Shown here one piece after another: positions 26,815 through 36,629 of a stretch of 49,598 nucleotides of DNA. This DNA comes from an uncultured Alphaproteobacteria bacterium (lineage in GTDB: Bacteria; Pseudomonadota; Alphaproteobacteria; Rhizobiales; Methyloligellaceae): the NCBI GenBank assembly GCA_964194535.1, contig CAXMMX010000069.1:1-49598 (forward strand), in the 5' to 3' direction. A model generated the notes under the pieces. It searched no databases and was not told the DNA's origin. It saw nothing but the letters and a program-made list of their open reading frames with translations. Position numbers and translations under genes: made by a program. Within the stretch, counting starts at the first letter, position 1, and the number at the start of each line of letters is the position of its first letter.

Positions 26815-28299
26815 ATGTTTGAAACACTCTCAGATCGCCTCACCGGCATATTCGACAAACTCACCGGCCGGGGTGCGCTTAGCGAGGCCGATGTGGCCGA
26901 GGCGATGCGCGAGGTACGCCGCGCGCTGCTCGAAGCGGACGTGGCGCTGGAAGTGGTGCGCGGCTTCATCGACACCGTGCAGGAAAAGGCCATCGGCCAC
27001 GAAGTCCTGAAATCCATTACGCCCGGCCAGCAGGTGATCAAGATCGTCAATGACGAACTTGTGGCCATGCTCGGCGATGAGGCGGTTGGCATCGATCTCA
27101 AGGCCAAGGCGCCGGTGCCGATCATGCTCGTGGGCCTGCAGGGTTCGGGCAAGACCACGACCTGCGCCAAGATCGCCTTCAGGCTTTTAAAGCGGAACAA
27201 GAAAAAACTCTTGATGGCCTCGCTCGACACCAGCCGCCCGGCAGCCCAGGAACAGCTGCGCGTGCTCGGTGAGCAGGTCGAGGTGGACACGCTGCCCATC
27301 AAAAAGGGGCAGGACCCGCTCCAGATCACCCGGCGCGCGATCAAAGAAGCCAGGAATGGCGGATATGACGTTGTCATGCTGGACACCGCCGGGCGTACCC
27401 ACATCGACCAAGAACTGATGGCCGAATCGGCCGCCATTTATAAAATCGCCAAGCCCCATGAGACGCTGCTGGTGGCTGACGCGCTGACCGGTCAGGACGC
27501 GGTGATCCTGGCAAAAAGCTTCGATGAATGCGTGCCGATTACCGGCATCGTGCTGACCCGCGTTGACGGCGACGGGCGCGGCGGCGCGGCGCTGTCCATG
27601 CGCGCGGTGACCGGCAAACCCATCAAGCTCATCGGCACCGGTGAAAAAGTCGACGCGCTGGAAGACTTCCACCCCGACCGCATCGCCAACCGCATTCTCG
27701 GCATGGGCGACGTTGTCTCTCTGGTCGAGAAGGCTGCCGAAACGATCGACGTGGAGAAGGCGGAAAAGATCGCGAAGAAGATGCGCAAGGGCGTATTCGA
27801 TCTGGAGGATCTGTCGGACCAGCTCAAGCAGATGGAGAAGATCGGCGGCATGACCGGCGTGCTCAACATGCTGCCGGGTATCGGCAAAATGAAGAAGCAG
27901 ATCGAGGAAGCTGATCTCGACAACTCCGTGGTCAAACGCCAGCAGGCGATCATCTCCTCCATGACGATGAAAGAGCGCCGCGCGCCGAAACTGCTGAATG
28001 CATCGCGCAAGAAACGTGTTGCGGCTGGGTCCGGCACCACCGTTCAGGACATCAACAAGCTGTTGAAGATGCACCGCACCATGGCGGACATGATGAAGAA
28101 GATGGGCAAGGGCAAGGGCGGCCTCGCAAGCATGTTTGGCGGCGGCGGCGCAATGCCGGAAATGCCGCAAGGCTTCGACCCGGGCGCGGCGCCCCCAGGC
28201 CTTCCTGGAGTGCCGCCGGGTATGCCGCAAGGATTTCCGGGTCTGGGAAGCGGCGGATTGCCGCCGGGACTTCCGGGCCTGCCGGGAAAAAAGAAATGA
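26815..28299 (+). CDS. ffh: signal recognition particle protein Ffh
   Basis: NG domain with [10 protein letters not shown] and DTAGR, a Met-rich M domain, and a Gly/Pro-rich tail. Confidence 0.95.
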   Translation: MFETLSDRLTGIFDKLTGRGALSEADVAEAMREVRRALLEADVALEVVRGFIDTVQEKAIGHEVLKSITPGQQVIKIVNDELVAMLGDEAVGIDLKAKAPVPIMLVGLQGSGKTTTCAKIAFRLLKRNKKKLLMASLDTSRPAAQEQLRVLGEQVEVDTLPIKKGQDPLQITRRAIKEARNGGYDVVMLDTAGRTHIDQELMAESAAIYKIAKPHETLLVADALTGQDAVILAKSFDECVPITGIVLTRVDGDGRGGAALSMRAVTGKPIKLIGTGEKVDALEDFHPDRIANRILGMGDVVSLVEKAAETIDVEKAEKIAKKMRKGVFDLEDLSDQLKQMEKIGGMTGVLNMLPGIGKMKKQIEEADLDNSVVKRQQAIISSMTMKERRAPKLLNASRKKRVAAGSGTTVQDINKLLKMHRTMADMMKKMGKGKGGLASMFGGGGAMPEMPQGFDPGAAPPGLPGVPPGMPQGFPGLGSGGLPPGLPGLPGKKK

Positions 28300-28354
28300 T
28301 CACTTTTCACGAATGCGAACTCATACGAGATTTAAACAAGAAGGAAATGAACAC

Positions 28355-28960
28355 ATGTCACTGAAAATCAGAATGTCACGGGGCGGGGCGAAAAAACGCC
28401 CCTATTTCCGGATCGTCGTTGCCGATTCCCGCAAGCCGCGTGATGGCCGCTATATCGAGCGCGTCGGCACGTATGACCCGCTGTTGCCGAAAGACCATGA
28501 GGGCCGCGTTACCCTGGTCGAGGACCGGATCAAGCATTGGCTCAGCGTCGGCGCGCGTCCGTCTGACCGCGTGAACCGCTTTCTTGATGCCGCCGGTATC
28601 CTGAAGCGCAAGCCCCGCAACAACCCGCAAAAAGCCCTGCCGGGCCAGAAGCGCCTTGACCGCGAGGACGCCAAGCGCGAGGCGGAGGAAAAAGCCAAGG
28701 AAGAGGCCGCTGCTGCCGCTGCCGCACCAGCCGAGGAAACTCCTGCTGAGGAGGCACCGGCTGAGGCTCCTGCTGAGGACGCGCCTGCCGAAGAGGTTGC
28801 AGCTGAAGCACCCGCAGAAGAAACAGCAGCCGAAGCGCCTGCTGAGGAAGCTGCGGCTGAAGCACCCGCAGAAGAAACAGCAGCCGAAGAGGCCCCTGCC
28901 GAAGAGGCCGCGGCTGAAGAGGCCCCTGCCAAGGACGCCGAAGAAGAAAAGAAGGACTAG
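28355..28960 (+). CDS. rpsP: 30S ribosomal protein S16 with a long Ala/Glu/Pro-rich C-terminal extension
   Basis: [42 protein letters not shown] is the S16 core. The track ORF from 28136 is an upstream in-frame artefact. Total length 201 aa. Confidence 0.9.
   Translation: MSLKIRMSRGGAKKRPYFRIVVADSRKPRDGRYIERVGTYDPLLPKDHEGRVTLVEDRIKHWLSVGARPSDRVNRFLDAAGILKRKPRNNPQKALPGQKRLDREDAKREAEEKAKEEAAAAAAAPAEETPAEEAPAEAPAEDAPAEEVAAEAPAEETAAEAPAEEAAAEAPAEETAAEEAPAEEAAAEEAPAKDAEEEKKD
28802..28889 (+). repeat. in-frame direct repeat inside the rpsP tail
   Basis: The same 34-mer GCTGAAGCACCCGCAGAAGAAACAGCAGCCGAAG occurs at 28802-28835 and 28856-28889, a 54-nt (18-codon) period. Confidence 0.85.
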
Positions 28961-28996
28961 GGAGTTTTGGCGCCTTGCATAGACCGGTGAGAGGCA

Positions 28997-29521
28997 ATGC
29001 CGGATGAAGACGCCAAACGCGTTTGTCTGGGCCGCGCCATTGGCGCGCGCGGCCTCAAGGGCGAGGTCCGCATAAAAACTTTTACCCAGGACCCGCTCGC
29101 CATAGGAGCCTATGGACCTTTGCAGGATGAAGCGCGTACGCGCCAGTTCGAAATATCTAATGTACAAACAGCAAAGGATGGCGTCATCGCGCGGCTGAAG
29201 GGCATCTCCACCCGCGAGGAGGCTGACGCGCTCAAGGGGGTCGAATTTTATGTGGACCGCGACCGGCTGCCCGATGTTGAGGACGACTCCACGTTCTATT
29301 TTGAAGACCTTATCGGGCTGGTGGCGATCGACGAAAACGGTTCCGCGCTCGGCCAGGTCGTCGCGGTGCAGAATTTCGGCGCGGGTGATCTGCTGGAAGT
29401 CCGCCCGGCCACCGGCGGCACCACCGTGCTGGTGCCCTTTACCCGGGAGATCGTACCCGACATCGACAAACAGGCCGGCTGGTTGCTTATGCTTGCCCCA
29501 GAGGGGATATTCGAGGACTAG
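28997..29521 (+). CDS. rimM: 16S rRNA processing protein RimM
   Basis: 174 aa with GRAIGARGLKGEVRIKTFT and a PRC-barrel C-terminus. It sits in the canonical position after rpsP. Confidence 0.9.
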   Translation: MPDEDAKRVCLGRAIGARGLKGEVRIKTFTQDPLAIGAYGPLQDEARTRQFEISNVQTAKDGVIARLKGISTREEADALKGVEFYVDRDRLPDVEDDSTFYFEDLIGLVAIDENGSALGQVVAVQNFGAGDLLEVRPATGGTTVLVPFTREIVPDIDKQAGWLLMLAPEGIFED

Positions 29522-29591
29522 GTTCAGGACCGGTTTTTGCCTGGCCTCTTCTTAAGGGCCGGCATGGCTGAAGAGTTGGAGAGAGTTCCCC

Positions 29592-30839
29592 ATGCCCAGA
29601 CGCCGGGTATTTGCCGCCAGCAACCACTAGCATCGCTCTTCCTGGATAGGCAGACTGGCAGAGTTCGCCGAATTGGGAACCCGGAGCTACCCGCCGCTGA
29701 TCCGCCGCCGGCTGATGATCGTCAATGTGATGGCGTATATGATCGCCATTTTCTCCCTTTTCTATTCTGTCCTGTTCGCGCTCTACGGCCTGGAGACCTA
29801 TCTCTCGCTCGTGATCGTGAATCTCGTTCTGGTTGGGGTCGCGCTGCTGGCGCCCCTCACGCACCGTGTCAGCGATATTTGTGCAGCGCTCATTATCGCC
29901 GCGGCGGAATATGTTGCCCTGTTCTTCTTCGTGCGTACGCTGGGACACGATTCGGGCATCCAGATCAACTACATGGTCGCCGCTGCTATCCCCTTCGCCA
30001 TCTTCGGCCTGTCGCGCCTGTGGCTTGTCATCGCCGCCATTGCGACGGGTCTGATGCTGCATCTGGCGGTCTGGTTCCTGTATCCTTCCCAGAGCGCGCT
30101 TATCGCGCCGGACCCGGCCCTTCTCAACAATCTCTATATCTCTTCGGTCGTGACGACCGGCTGTATCATTTCTGTCATCGTGCTCTACGCCTTCTCGCTG
30201 GCTGACGATGCACGCGCGGAAGCCGACGCACTTCTTGCCAACATGCTGCCTGAAAGCATCGCCGAACGGCTGAAAGCCAACCCCGGAGACTTGCTGGCCG
30301 ACAATGTGGCGAATGCGTCGGTGCTGTTTACCGACCTTGTCGGCTTTACGCCGCTGTCGCGTAAGCTTGGGGCCGAGCATACGGTCACCCTGCTGGATGA
30401 AATCATTTCTCAGTTTGACTCCATAGCCGCGCACCATGGCGTTAAGAAAATCAAGACCATTGCCGATGGCTATATGGCGGTCGCGGGCGTCACCGTTCCG
30501 CTCACCGACCATTAAGCGAGGCTGGCGCTTGAGTTGCCCGTCGTGGTCGAGCGGATGTCGCGTGAACGAGATATGGATTTGCAAATAAGGATCGGCATGA
30601 CCAGCGGGCCGGTCATGGCGGGGGTGATTGGCGCCGACAGGTTTTCCTATGATGTCTGGGGAGAGACGGTCAATCTGGCCTCGCGGTTAGAGACCCATGG
30701 CCTGCCGGGGCAGGTTCATGTATCGGGGGAAGTGAAACGCGCGCTTGGTAAGAAATTCCACTTCGAGCCGCGCGGGCGTATTGAGATCAAGGGCGTCGGG
30801 CATCTTGAAATCTGGATGCTGAAGCATGAGAACACATAA
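29592..30839 (+). pseudogene. membrane-anchored class III adenylate/guanylate cyclase interrupted by in-frame stop codons
   Basis: A single reading frame holds ATG 29592 (GGAGAG RBS), TAG 29628-29630 and TAA 30513-30515, then continues to 30839. The TAA falls inside the catalytic domain (...IKTIADGYMAVAGVTVPLTDH*ARLALELPVVVE...RIGMTSGPVMAGVIGADRFSYDVWGETVNLASRLE). Confidence 0.6.
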
Positions 30840-30945
30840 TATCCCGGTTGGGTCCGTGCCTTCGGTCCGTGTCTTCGTAGGGATTTCGGTATGTTATGGA
30901 AATTTCGAATTTCCCGCGAAAGCGAGAATCCACTTATGATTGCCC

Positions 30946-31647
30946 ATGACCAATCCCTGGACCGCCTATATTCTCACTATCCTGCCCGAAACATTCCCCG
31001 GGCCGCTCGGGGCCAGCCTGATTGGCACGGGCCTTGAGCGGGGTGTATGGGCGCTAGATGTGATCGACATTCGTGATTTTGCATCAGACAAGCACCGCTC
31101 GGTCGACGACACGCCTGCAGGGGGTGGCCCCGGCATGGTGATGCGGGCCGATGTAGCGGGGCCGGCACTTGACGCCGCGCTGGAGAAATCTCCCGATGCG
31201 CCGCTGATCTACCTTTCCCCGCGCGGAAAACCGCTCACCCAGGCAAGGGTGCGCGAACTCTCAGCAGGCCCCGGCGTGTCTGTGCTGTGCGGGCGTTTCG
31301 AGGGGCTGGACCAGCGCGTACTGGACGCGCGCGACATTGAAGAAATCTCTATTGGCGATTACGTGCTTGCCGGCGGTGAAGTGGCGGCCTGCGTGCTCAT
31401 CGAGACATGCGTACGGTTGCTGCCCGGTGTCATTGGCGATGCGGCTTCGCTTGAATCTGAAAGTTTCGAGCAGGGCCTGCTGGAATATCCTCACTACACG
31501 CGCCCGCGCAAATGGGAGGGTCTTGAGATGCCCGATGTTCTGCTGTCGGGCGATCACAAGAAAATCGCCGCGTGGCGGCGCGAAATGTCCGAGAAAATCA
31601 CGCGCGAGAGGCGGCCTGATTTGTGGTCGAAACGTAACAAGCCCTGA
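30946..31647 (+). CDS. trmD: tRNA (guanine37-N1)-methyltransferase
   Basis: TrmD blocks [26 protein letters not shown] and [13 protein letters not shown] at 30946, with TTG 30940 also in frame. Confidence 0.92.
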   Translation: MTNPWTAYILTILPETFPGPLGASLIGTGLERGVWALDVIDIRDFASDKHRSVDDTPAGGGPGMVMRADVAGPALDAALEKSPDAPLIYLSPRGKPLTQARVRELSAGPGVSVLCGRFEGLDQRVLDARDIEEISIGDYVLAGGEVAACVLIETCVRLLPGVIGDAASLESESFEQGLLEYPHYTRPRKWEGLEMPDVLLSGDHKKIAAWRREMSEKITRERRPDLWSKRNKP

Positions 31648-31743
31648 GAAGTCCCGGTGAGACCGACCCTATCGACAAATACCTGTCCTTGCTGTAGTTA
31701 TCGCGGCCAATCGCAAGAGGCGGAGACCTCAGCGGCCATAACT

Positions 31744-31872
31744 GGCCTCATAGTGCCGATAGGCGGTGGGCCAAATATAGAAGTCTGACCTCAAACAGCC
31801 GATAGACGATAGGCCAAATAAAGAAGTCTGGCCTCAAATAGCCGATAGGCGATAGGCCAAATAAAGAAGTCC
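31744..31872 (-). repeat. 3 x 43-bp tandem array of the hairpin-repeat element
   Basis: Units at 31744-31786, 31787-31829 and 31830-31872. Each unit has a hairpin, read on the minus strand as GGCCT-ATCGCCTATCGGCTATTTG-AGGCC, plus a 14-nt spacer. Confidence 0.85.
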
Positions 31873-31931
31873 AATCAATAAAAATGGCGAGCGCCGGTTT
31901 CGGCAGCCGCCCTGACGAAAGGTTAGATGCG

Positions 31932-32666
31932 ATGAACATCATCGAAGAGCTCGAAAAAGAGCACCGCGAAGAGCTTGAGGCCAAGCGCCCCATCCCTGAA
32001 TTCGGTCCTGGAGATACGCTTAAAGTTTCCGTCAAGGTGAAGGACGGCGAGCGCGAGCGCGTCCAGATTTATGAGGGCGTTGTTATTGCCCGCGACGGCA
32101 GCGGACTGCATGAGAGCTTTACGGTCCGCAAAATTTCCTACGGCGAAGGCGTGGAACGCGTTTTCCCGGTCCATTCGACGTTGATTGATAATATTGAAGT
32201 CGTGCGCCGCGGCCACGTGCGCCGCGCTAAGCTGTATTATTTGCGCGGACGCCGCGGCAAGTCAGCCCGTATCCCTGAGCGCCGCGATGCGCGCGCCAAG
32301 GGCAAGGCCGCAGCAGCGGCCCGCAAGAAGGCGGCCAAGGAGTTCAAGGGCTTCACCAAGCCCAAGGGCGATGCGGACGATCTTACCCTGATCAAGGGTG
32401 TCGCCGAGGAACTCATCAAGCGCCTGGAAAAGATCGGCGTGACCCAGTTCGAGCAGATTGCCAACTGGACCGACGAAGATATTGCCAATGTGGACGAGGT
32501 GCTGAGCTTCAAGGGCCGTATCGAACGCGAGGACTGGACAAGCCAGGCCAAGGCCCTGATGGCCGAGGTCACTGTTGACGAGGTTCCGGCCGGAGAAGAA
32601 GAAGCCAAAGCCAAGGATGACGTCGATAAAAAAGACGGCAAAAAAGACGCTAAAAAAGAAAAATAG
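31932..32666 (+). CDS. rplS: 50S ribosomal protein L19 fused to an approximately 125-aa C-terminal extension
   Basis: L19 core [10 protein letters not shown]...[59 protein letters not shown] at 31932. Total length 244 aa. Confidence 0.9.
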   Translation: MNIIEELEKEHREELEAKRPIPEFGPGDTLKVSVKVKDGERERVQIYEGVVIARDGSGLHESFTVRKISYGEGVERVFPVHSTLIDNIEVVRRGHVRRAKLYYLRGRRGKSARIPERRDARAKGKAAAAARKKAAKEFKGFTKPKGDADDLTLIKGVAEELIKRLEKIGVTQFEQIANWTDEDIANVDEVLSFKGRIEREDWTSQAKALMAEVTVDEVPAGEEEAKAKDDVDKKDGKKDAKKEK

Positions 32667-32694
32667 GCTTCATCATCCAGGAATTTTTGAAACA

Positions 32695-32724
32695 GGGCTG
32701 GCGCCCGGGCGCCGGCCCTTTTCT
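32695..32724 (+). terminator. Rho-independent terminator after rplS
   Basis: GGGCTGGCGC-CCGG-GCGCCGGCCC (10-bp stem with one G-T pair), followed by TTTTCT. Confidence 0.7.
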
Positions 32725-33053
32725 ATTGGTGATTTTTCCTGGCAACCCCTGTATTTGTGCAGTGCAACTTATCATTATTGTGCGGCGCATTCATTGATAT
32801 GGGGCTGGATACTGCGTCATCCTGCCACAGAAACATTGGTATAACACGTTAATATAATGCCATTATCTTGCCATATGGTCATGAGAAGCGTGTGTGGTCA
32901 TCAGCACTGGCAAGTCTGATGATGATCTGAAAGCCTTCGATAATTGCTGCACTGCATATATCGTTATGGCGGGCTCAATGTGAGGCCCTGCTGGCCTTGA
33001 GCCAATCAACCAAACCCCCAAAAAAAACATCAACAATAAATGAAGGACAAGAA

Positions 33054-33533
33054 ATGAGATTTATCTCGGCCAGTTTTCTGGCGATATTTTCGCTCGGCGT
33101 AGCGTTCAGCGCGCCGGCGCAAGCCAACATCTGTGCGTTTCCCTGCTTCGATGGAGCTTCAGCAAGTTCCGGGACAAGCGGGTTCAGCGGTGGCGGATCT
33201 GGCGCCGTGACGGTTGCCCGCCGTTACCTGGGCGGCAACCCGACCGGGCGCAGCCGTCTGTGGTGTGCCCATTTCATGAATCTGGTGGAGCGCAAGCTCG
33301 GCCGTAGCGGGACCGGTTCCGGAATGGCGCGCTCATATGCGAGCTATGGCCGGCGTGTCTCAAACCCGCGTCCAGGTGATATTGCCGTTCTGCGGCGCAG
33401 GGGCGGCGGTCATGTCGGCTACGTGATATCGGTATCGGACAGCAAAGTCCGGCTTATCTCCGGCAATCACGGCAGAAAGGTTGGCATTGGCAGCTATCTC
33501 CGCTCGCGGGTGATTGCATTTGTCAGGCCATAA
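33054..33533 (+). CDS. secreted CHAP/NlpC-P60-like peptidoglycan hydrolase (TIGR02594-like)
   Basis: Signal peptide, Gly/Ser linker, then LWCAHFMN...PRPGDIAVLRRRGGGHVGYV...GNHG, i.e. a Cys-His catalytic layout. Confidence 0.75.
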   Translation: MRFISASFLAIFSLGVAFSAPAQANICAFPCFDGASASSGTSGFSGGGSGAVTVARRYLGGNPTGRSRLWCAHFMNLVERKLGRSGTGSGMARSYASYGRRVSNPRPGDIAVLRRRGGGHVGYVISVSDSKVRLISGNHGRKVGIGSYLRSRVIAFVRP

Positions 33534-33574
33534 CGGCAAAAACCGAAAAAAAAGAATACAATAATAAGCACCTG

Positions 33575-33602
33575 ACGGCCGCCTCCGGGCGGCCGTTTTT
33601 TT
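33575..33602 (+). terminator. Rho-independent terminator
   Basis: ACGGCCGCC-TCCG-GGCGGCCGT perfect 9-bp stem followed by T7. Confidence 0.8.
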
Positions 33603-33660
33603 CAGCTCAGGACTATGCCATACGCGATGATGGCACCGTCGTTCTCGAGGGCGATGCGGT

Positions 33661-34535
33661 TCATGATCGAGGGCCCCGGGTTGCACGCTGCGCCAGCACC
33701 ATTGTGACGCCGCCAAGTGTTGCCGCGGAAGCCAGTAAAAGGCGCAGCGTTATCTCTTCCGACAGCAGCAGCACTCCATCGAAGGCCGCGATCACTGGCA
33801 CCGAGAGCTGTACTGTTGCTGCGCGGGTGGCGGTGAGGCCTCGAAGCGCTGCATACCAGATGACATAACCGCAACCCGAAGCGATCGCTCCTGACGCCGC
33901 CGCCAACGCCAGGCCGCTTGACGAGCCGCTGTAATCACCGATGAAAATGACAGAGACGATGAGAACAAGCGGTACCGAATAGACGAAGTTTCTGGCAGTG
34001 GCTTCAGGGGATCCGCCGTACCCCTTCCCAGCAATGAATAGGCGCCCCAGGCGATCCCTGCGATAATCATGAGAAGGGCTCCAACTGGATCAGGAGCGGT
34101 CAGGCCCGGTGAAACAAGATAAATCAGTCCGAGAATAGCCAGAGTGAGGCCGGTCCACGATATGTATGAAAAATACTCACCCTCCCGCAGGGCAGTGATG
34201 AACATCGTAAGCTGCACCGCCCCAAAAAGTATCAGCGCGCCCGTGCCGGCACTGAGTGAGAGATAGGCGAAGGAAAAGAACGCCATATAGGTGAACAGCA
34301 TGGCGGCAGAACGCCAGTCGGCTGTATTCGGCTCATGGGTTCGCCCGCGAAACAGCACGATCAGACTCAGCATCACCGCGCCGGAAACGACCCTGACACT
34401 GGTGAAGGTTGCCGCATCGATGAGTTCCTGCCCCAAGGCCATTCGGCACAGCAGCGAATTCGCTGCAAATGCCAGCATGGCGATGGCTGTCAGTAATGCG
34501 GAACGCGAAGAAATCGTTTCGGAAATTCTCGACAA
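33661..34535 (-). pseudogene. EamA/DMT-family transporter with a 1-nt frameshift
   Basis: The N-terminal 175 aa (frame of ORF 33792-34535) read as an EamA protein up to ...YSLLGRGTADP. The continuation PEATARNFVYSVPLVLIVSVIFIGDYSGSSSGLALAAASGAIASGCGYVIWYAALRGL... is in the adjacent frame (ORF 33661-33906). The switch is near 34003-34013. Confidence 0.65.
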
Positions 34536-34682
34536 TAAGCATTCCTGTATATTTGACCGGTATTTTCAAACCATCAGTTGCGGCTCCAATGATGACCGCG
34601 AAAAAAGGGCTATCAGACGCTCCGGCAACCGTTCGGGCGATACGTATTTATTGTTTCGCCTCTATATTGTTACGCCTCATAG

Positions 34683-36002
34683 TCAGCCAGCGCGGCTGTT
34701 CGCCAGCATATCGAGCCCTTCACGAAGCGCCTGATCAAGTATCTCGGTTCCTTTGTCGATTTCCTCTTTCGACACGGTGAGCGGAGGCGCGATGCGCCAC
34801 ACCGCGCCGCGTTCAGGACGGCGCTTGATGTTCATGGATAGACCCAGCTCCATGCAGCGCTTCGTCGTAACGTCGCCCAGCTCAAGATGCGGCTCGCGGC
34901 TTTCCCGGTCTTTCACCAGATCGATGCCCATCAACAGGCCCTGTCCGCGAATTTCGCCGATTGCTTCGTACTTTTGCTGCAGGCTTTCCAGGTTCTCGCG
35001 CAAATGCGCGCCCATTTTCTTGGCGCGTTCGATCAGCTTTTCGCTCTCCACCGTCTCCAGAACCGCGAGCCCTACAAGAGCAGGCAAGGGGTCGGACACG
35101 TGGCTGGTATAATAGGAAAAACCTTTTTCGTGCGCCTTTTCCTCGATCTCATCGGAGGTGATGGTGGCCGCCAGCGGTATTCCGCCGCCAAGCGTTTTCG
35201 AGACGGTCATGATGTCCGGCGTGACACCAAGCCCGGTGGCCGCGAATTTTTCGCCGATCCGCCCGAACGCCGTCTGCGCTTCATCGAAGAGCAGCATCAT
35301 GCCCCGGCTTTTGGCTTCTTCCTTGAGCTTTTTGAAATAACCGTCGGGCGGCACGATCACCCCGCCGGCGCTCAAAATCGGCTCTGCGATGATGGCGGCA
35401 GGCGCGCCCTCGGAAGTCATATCGAACATGTTCAGCCCCACCTTCATGCAACTCATGTCGCATGTGTCGCGGCAATGGCCGATCGGGCAGCGGTAGGAAT
35501 AGGGTTCGGGGATGGCCGACACGCCATGCACTTTCGGCCCGTAGCCGCGCCGCTCGCTGGCGAACGACATGGCCGCCGCCTGCCCCGTCACCCCGTGCCA
35601 GGAGCCGCCGAGCGCGATGACCTCATAGCCGCCGGTGACCATCTTGGCCATGCGCAGTGCCGCTTCGTTGCTCTCAGATCCCGTGTTGACGAACATCGAG
35701 CGGGTGAGGGGTTTGGGGAGCCATTCAGCCAACTTCTTCGCCAGCTTTGCCACGGCTTCGGGGATCATGCCGGAGAACAGGTGGATCGAATCCTTTGCGC
35801 CCGATTGAATCGCTTTCACGATCGCCGAATGGCTGTGGCCCAGCGTGGCGCACATCTGACCGGACGTGAAATCGAGGATTTCCCGCCCCTCATCGTCGGT
35901 GACGGTTGCGCCCTTGGCCGAGACATAGAGCTTGTCGACATCTCCCTGTCCGTAGCGCACCAGGTGCTCACTGGCAGCCTTTCGCAGTTCCTTGTCCATC
36001 AC
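34683..36002 (-). CDS. class III pyridoxal-phosphate aminotransferase, 2,2-dialkylglycine decarboxylase (DgdA)-like
   Basis: Blocks TGSESNEAALRMAK, LLFDEAQTAFGRIG, TVSKTLGGG (PLP lysine), HVSDPLPALVGL and WRIAPPLTVSKEEID resemble DgdA as I remember it. Confidence 0.85.
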   Translation of the reverse strand: MMDKELRKAASEHLVRYGQGDVDKLYVSAKGATVTDDEGREILDFTSGQMCATLGHSHSAIVKAIQSGAKDSIHLFSGMIPEAVAKLAKKLAEWLPKPLTRSMFVNTGSESNEAALRMAKMVTGGYEVIALGGSWHGVTGQAAAMSFASERRGYGPKVHGVSAIPEPYSYRCPIGHCRDTCDMSCMKVGLNMFDMTSEGAPAAIIAEPILSAGGVIVPPDGYFKKLKEEAKSRGMMLLFDEAQTAFGRIGEKFAATGLGVTPDIMTVSKTLGGGIPLAATITSDEIEEKAHEKGFSYYTSHVSDPLPALVGLAVLETVESEKLIERAKKMGAHLRENLESLQQKYEAIGEIRGQGLLMGIDLVKDRESREPHLELGDVTTKRCMELGLSMNIKRRPERGAVWRIAPPLTVSKEEIDKGTEILDQALREGLDMLANSRAG

Positions 36003-36031
36003 GCGCGCGCCCTTGGGTCCTGTCAGCCTTG

Positions 36032-36475
36032 CTATTGCGGTGGTGCCGGAGTTGCTGGTGATGCCGGAATTGCTGGTGTTGCCGGAGTTTCCGGTGCTGG
36101 CGGTGGTGCCGGTGTTGGCGCAGGTGGTTCTGGTGTCTTCGCCGCGGGCGTCAGCTGAACGACCTCTCCGCTTGGCGGTTTGCGGTGCTGGTCACGCAGA
36201 AGCTCCTGCATGGCGATTGCCAGGCAGCCCTGGAGCAAGCGATAGCTTTTGCCGATTTCTTCTGTTTCAGCTATGCAAGCCGCCCGCTGTTTTGGCGGCA
36301 ATGTCTTCCATGTGCCCGAAATCTGACCGCGTGCAAATTGCTCGTAACGCGCACAGCTGCTTTCGCCGGACATGCAGGTCTGATTCAAGGACCAGCCGGG
36401 GAAATCCTGAGCCTGCGCAGCGCCGGAAAATGGCATGATTGCTGATATAGCAAATATGGCTAATAATTTTTTCAT
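36032..36475 (-). CDS. secreted hypothetical protein with a Pro/Ala/Thr-rich tail
   Basis: Signal peptide MKKLLAIFAISAIMPFSGAAQA, four cysteines, and C-terminal PEPPAPTPAPPPAPETPATPAIPASPATPAPP. Confidence 0.55.
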   Translation of the reverse strand: MKKLLAIFAISAIMPFSGAAQAQDFPGWSLNQTCMSGESSCARYEQFARGQISGTWKTLPPKQRAACIAETEEIGKSYRLLQGCLAIAMQELLRDQHRKPPSGEVVQLTPAAKTPEPPAPTPAPPPAPETPATPAIPASPATPAPPQ

Positions 36476-36629
36476 GGAACTATTCCTCCCGATAACTCAA
36501 TCTTGTTTGAATGCGTTATAGCAGAACCTGATCAACTCGTGACCTTTTCGCGAGGAATTGTCAGCGCGATCGCAAAGCGCTATCAGATGGCTCTGAAGTG
36601 CAACTGAGTGCCGCAGGAGTATGTGACAC

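Noticed and set aside
28136-28354. N-terminal extensions suggested by the ORF track: rpsP from 28136, ftsY to 19992, dapF to 22096, the BI-1 gene from 5871, ccmD from 16251, rplS from 31884, and the HExxH paralog 1 gene from 37891.
   Set aside because: The extensions overlap upstream genes or lack an RBS and have atypical composition. Internal starts give canonical N-termini and the usual 4-nt overlaps or sensible RBS spacing.
29628-30515. The in-frame TAG and TAA in the cyclase as programmed recoding (readthrough, pyrrolysine or selenocysteine).
   Set aside because: There is no recoding signal or machinery in view, and TAA is not a recoding codon in bacteria. A pseudogene or a sequencing error is the simpler explanation.
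32758-32956. A 9-bp inverted repeat, TGCAGTGCA / TGCACTGCA, 190 bp apart upstream of the CHAP-like hydrolase gene.
   Set aside because: A single 9-mer match over a window of this size is about what chance predicts, and there is no extension of the pairing.
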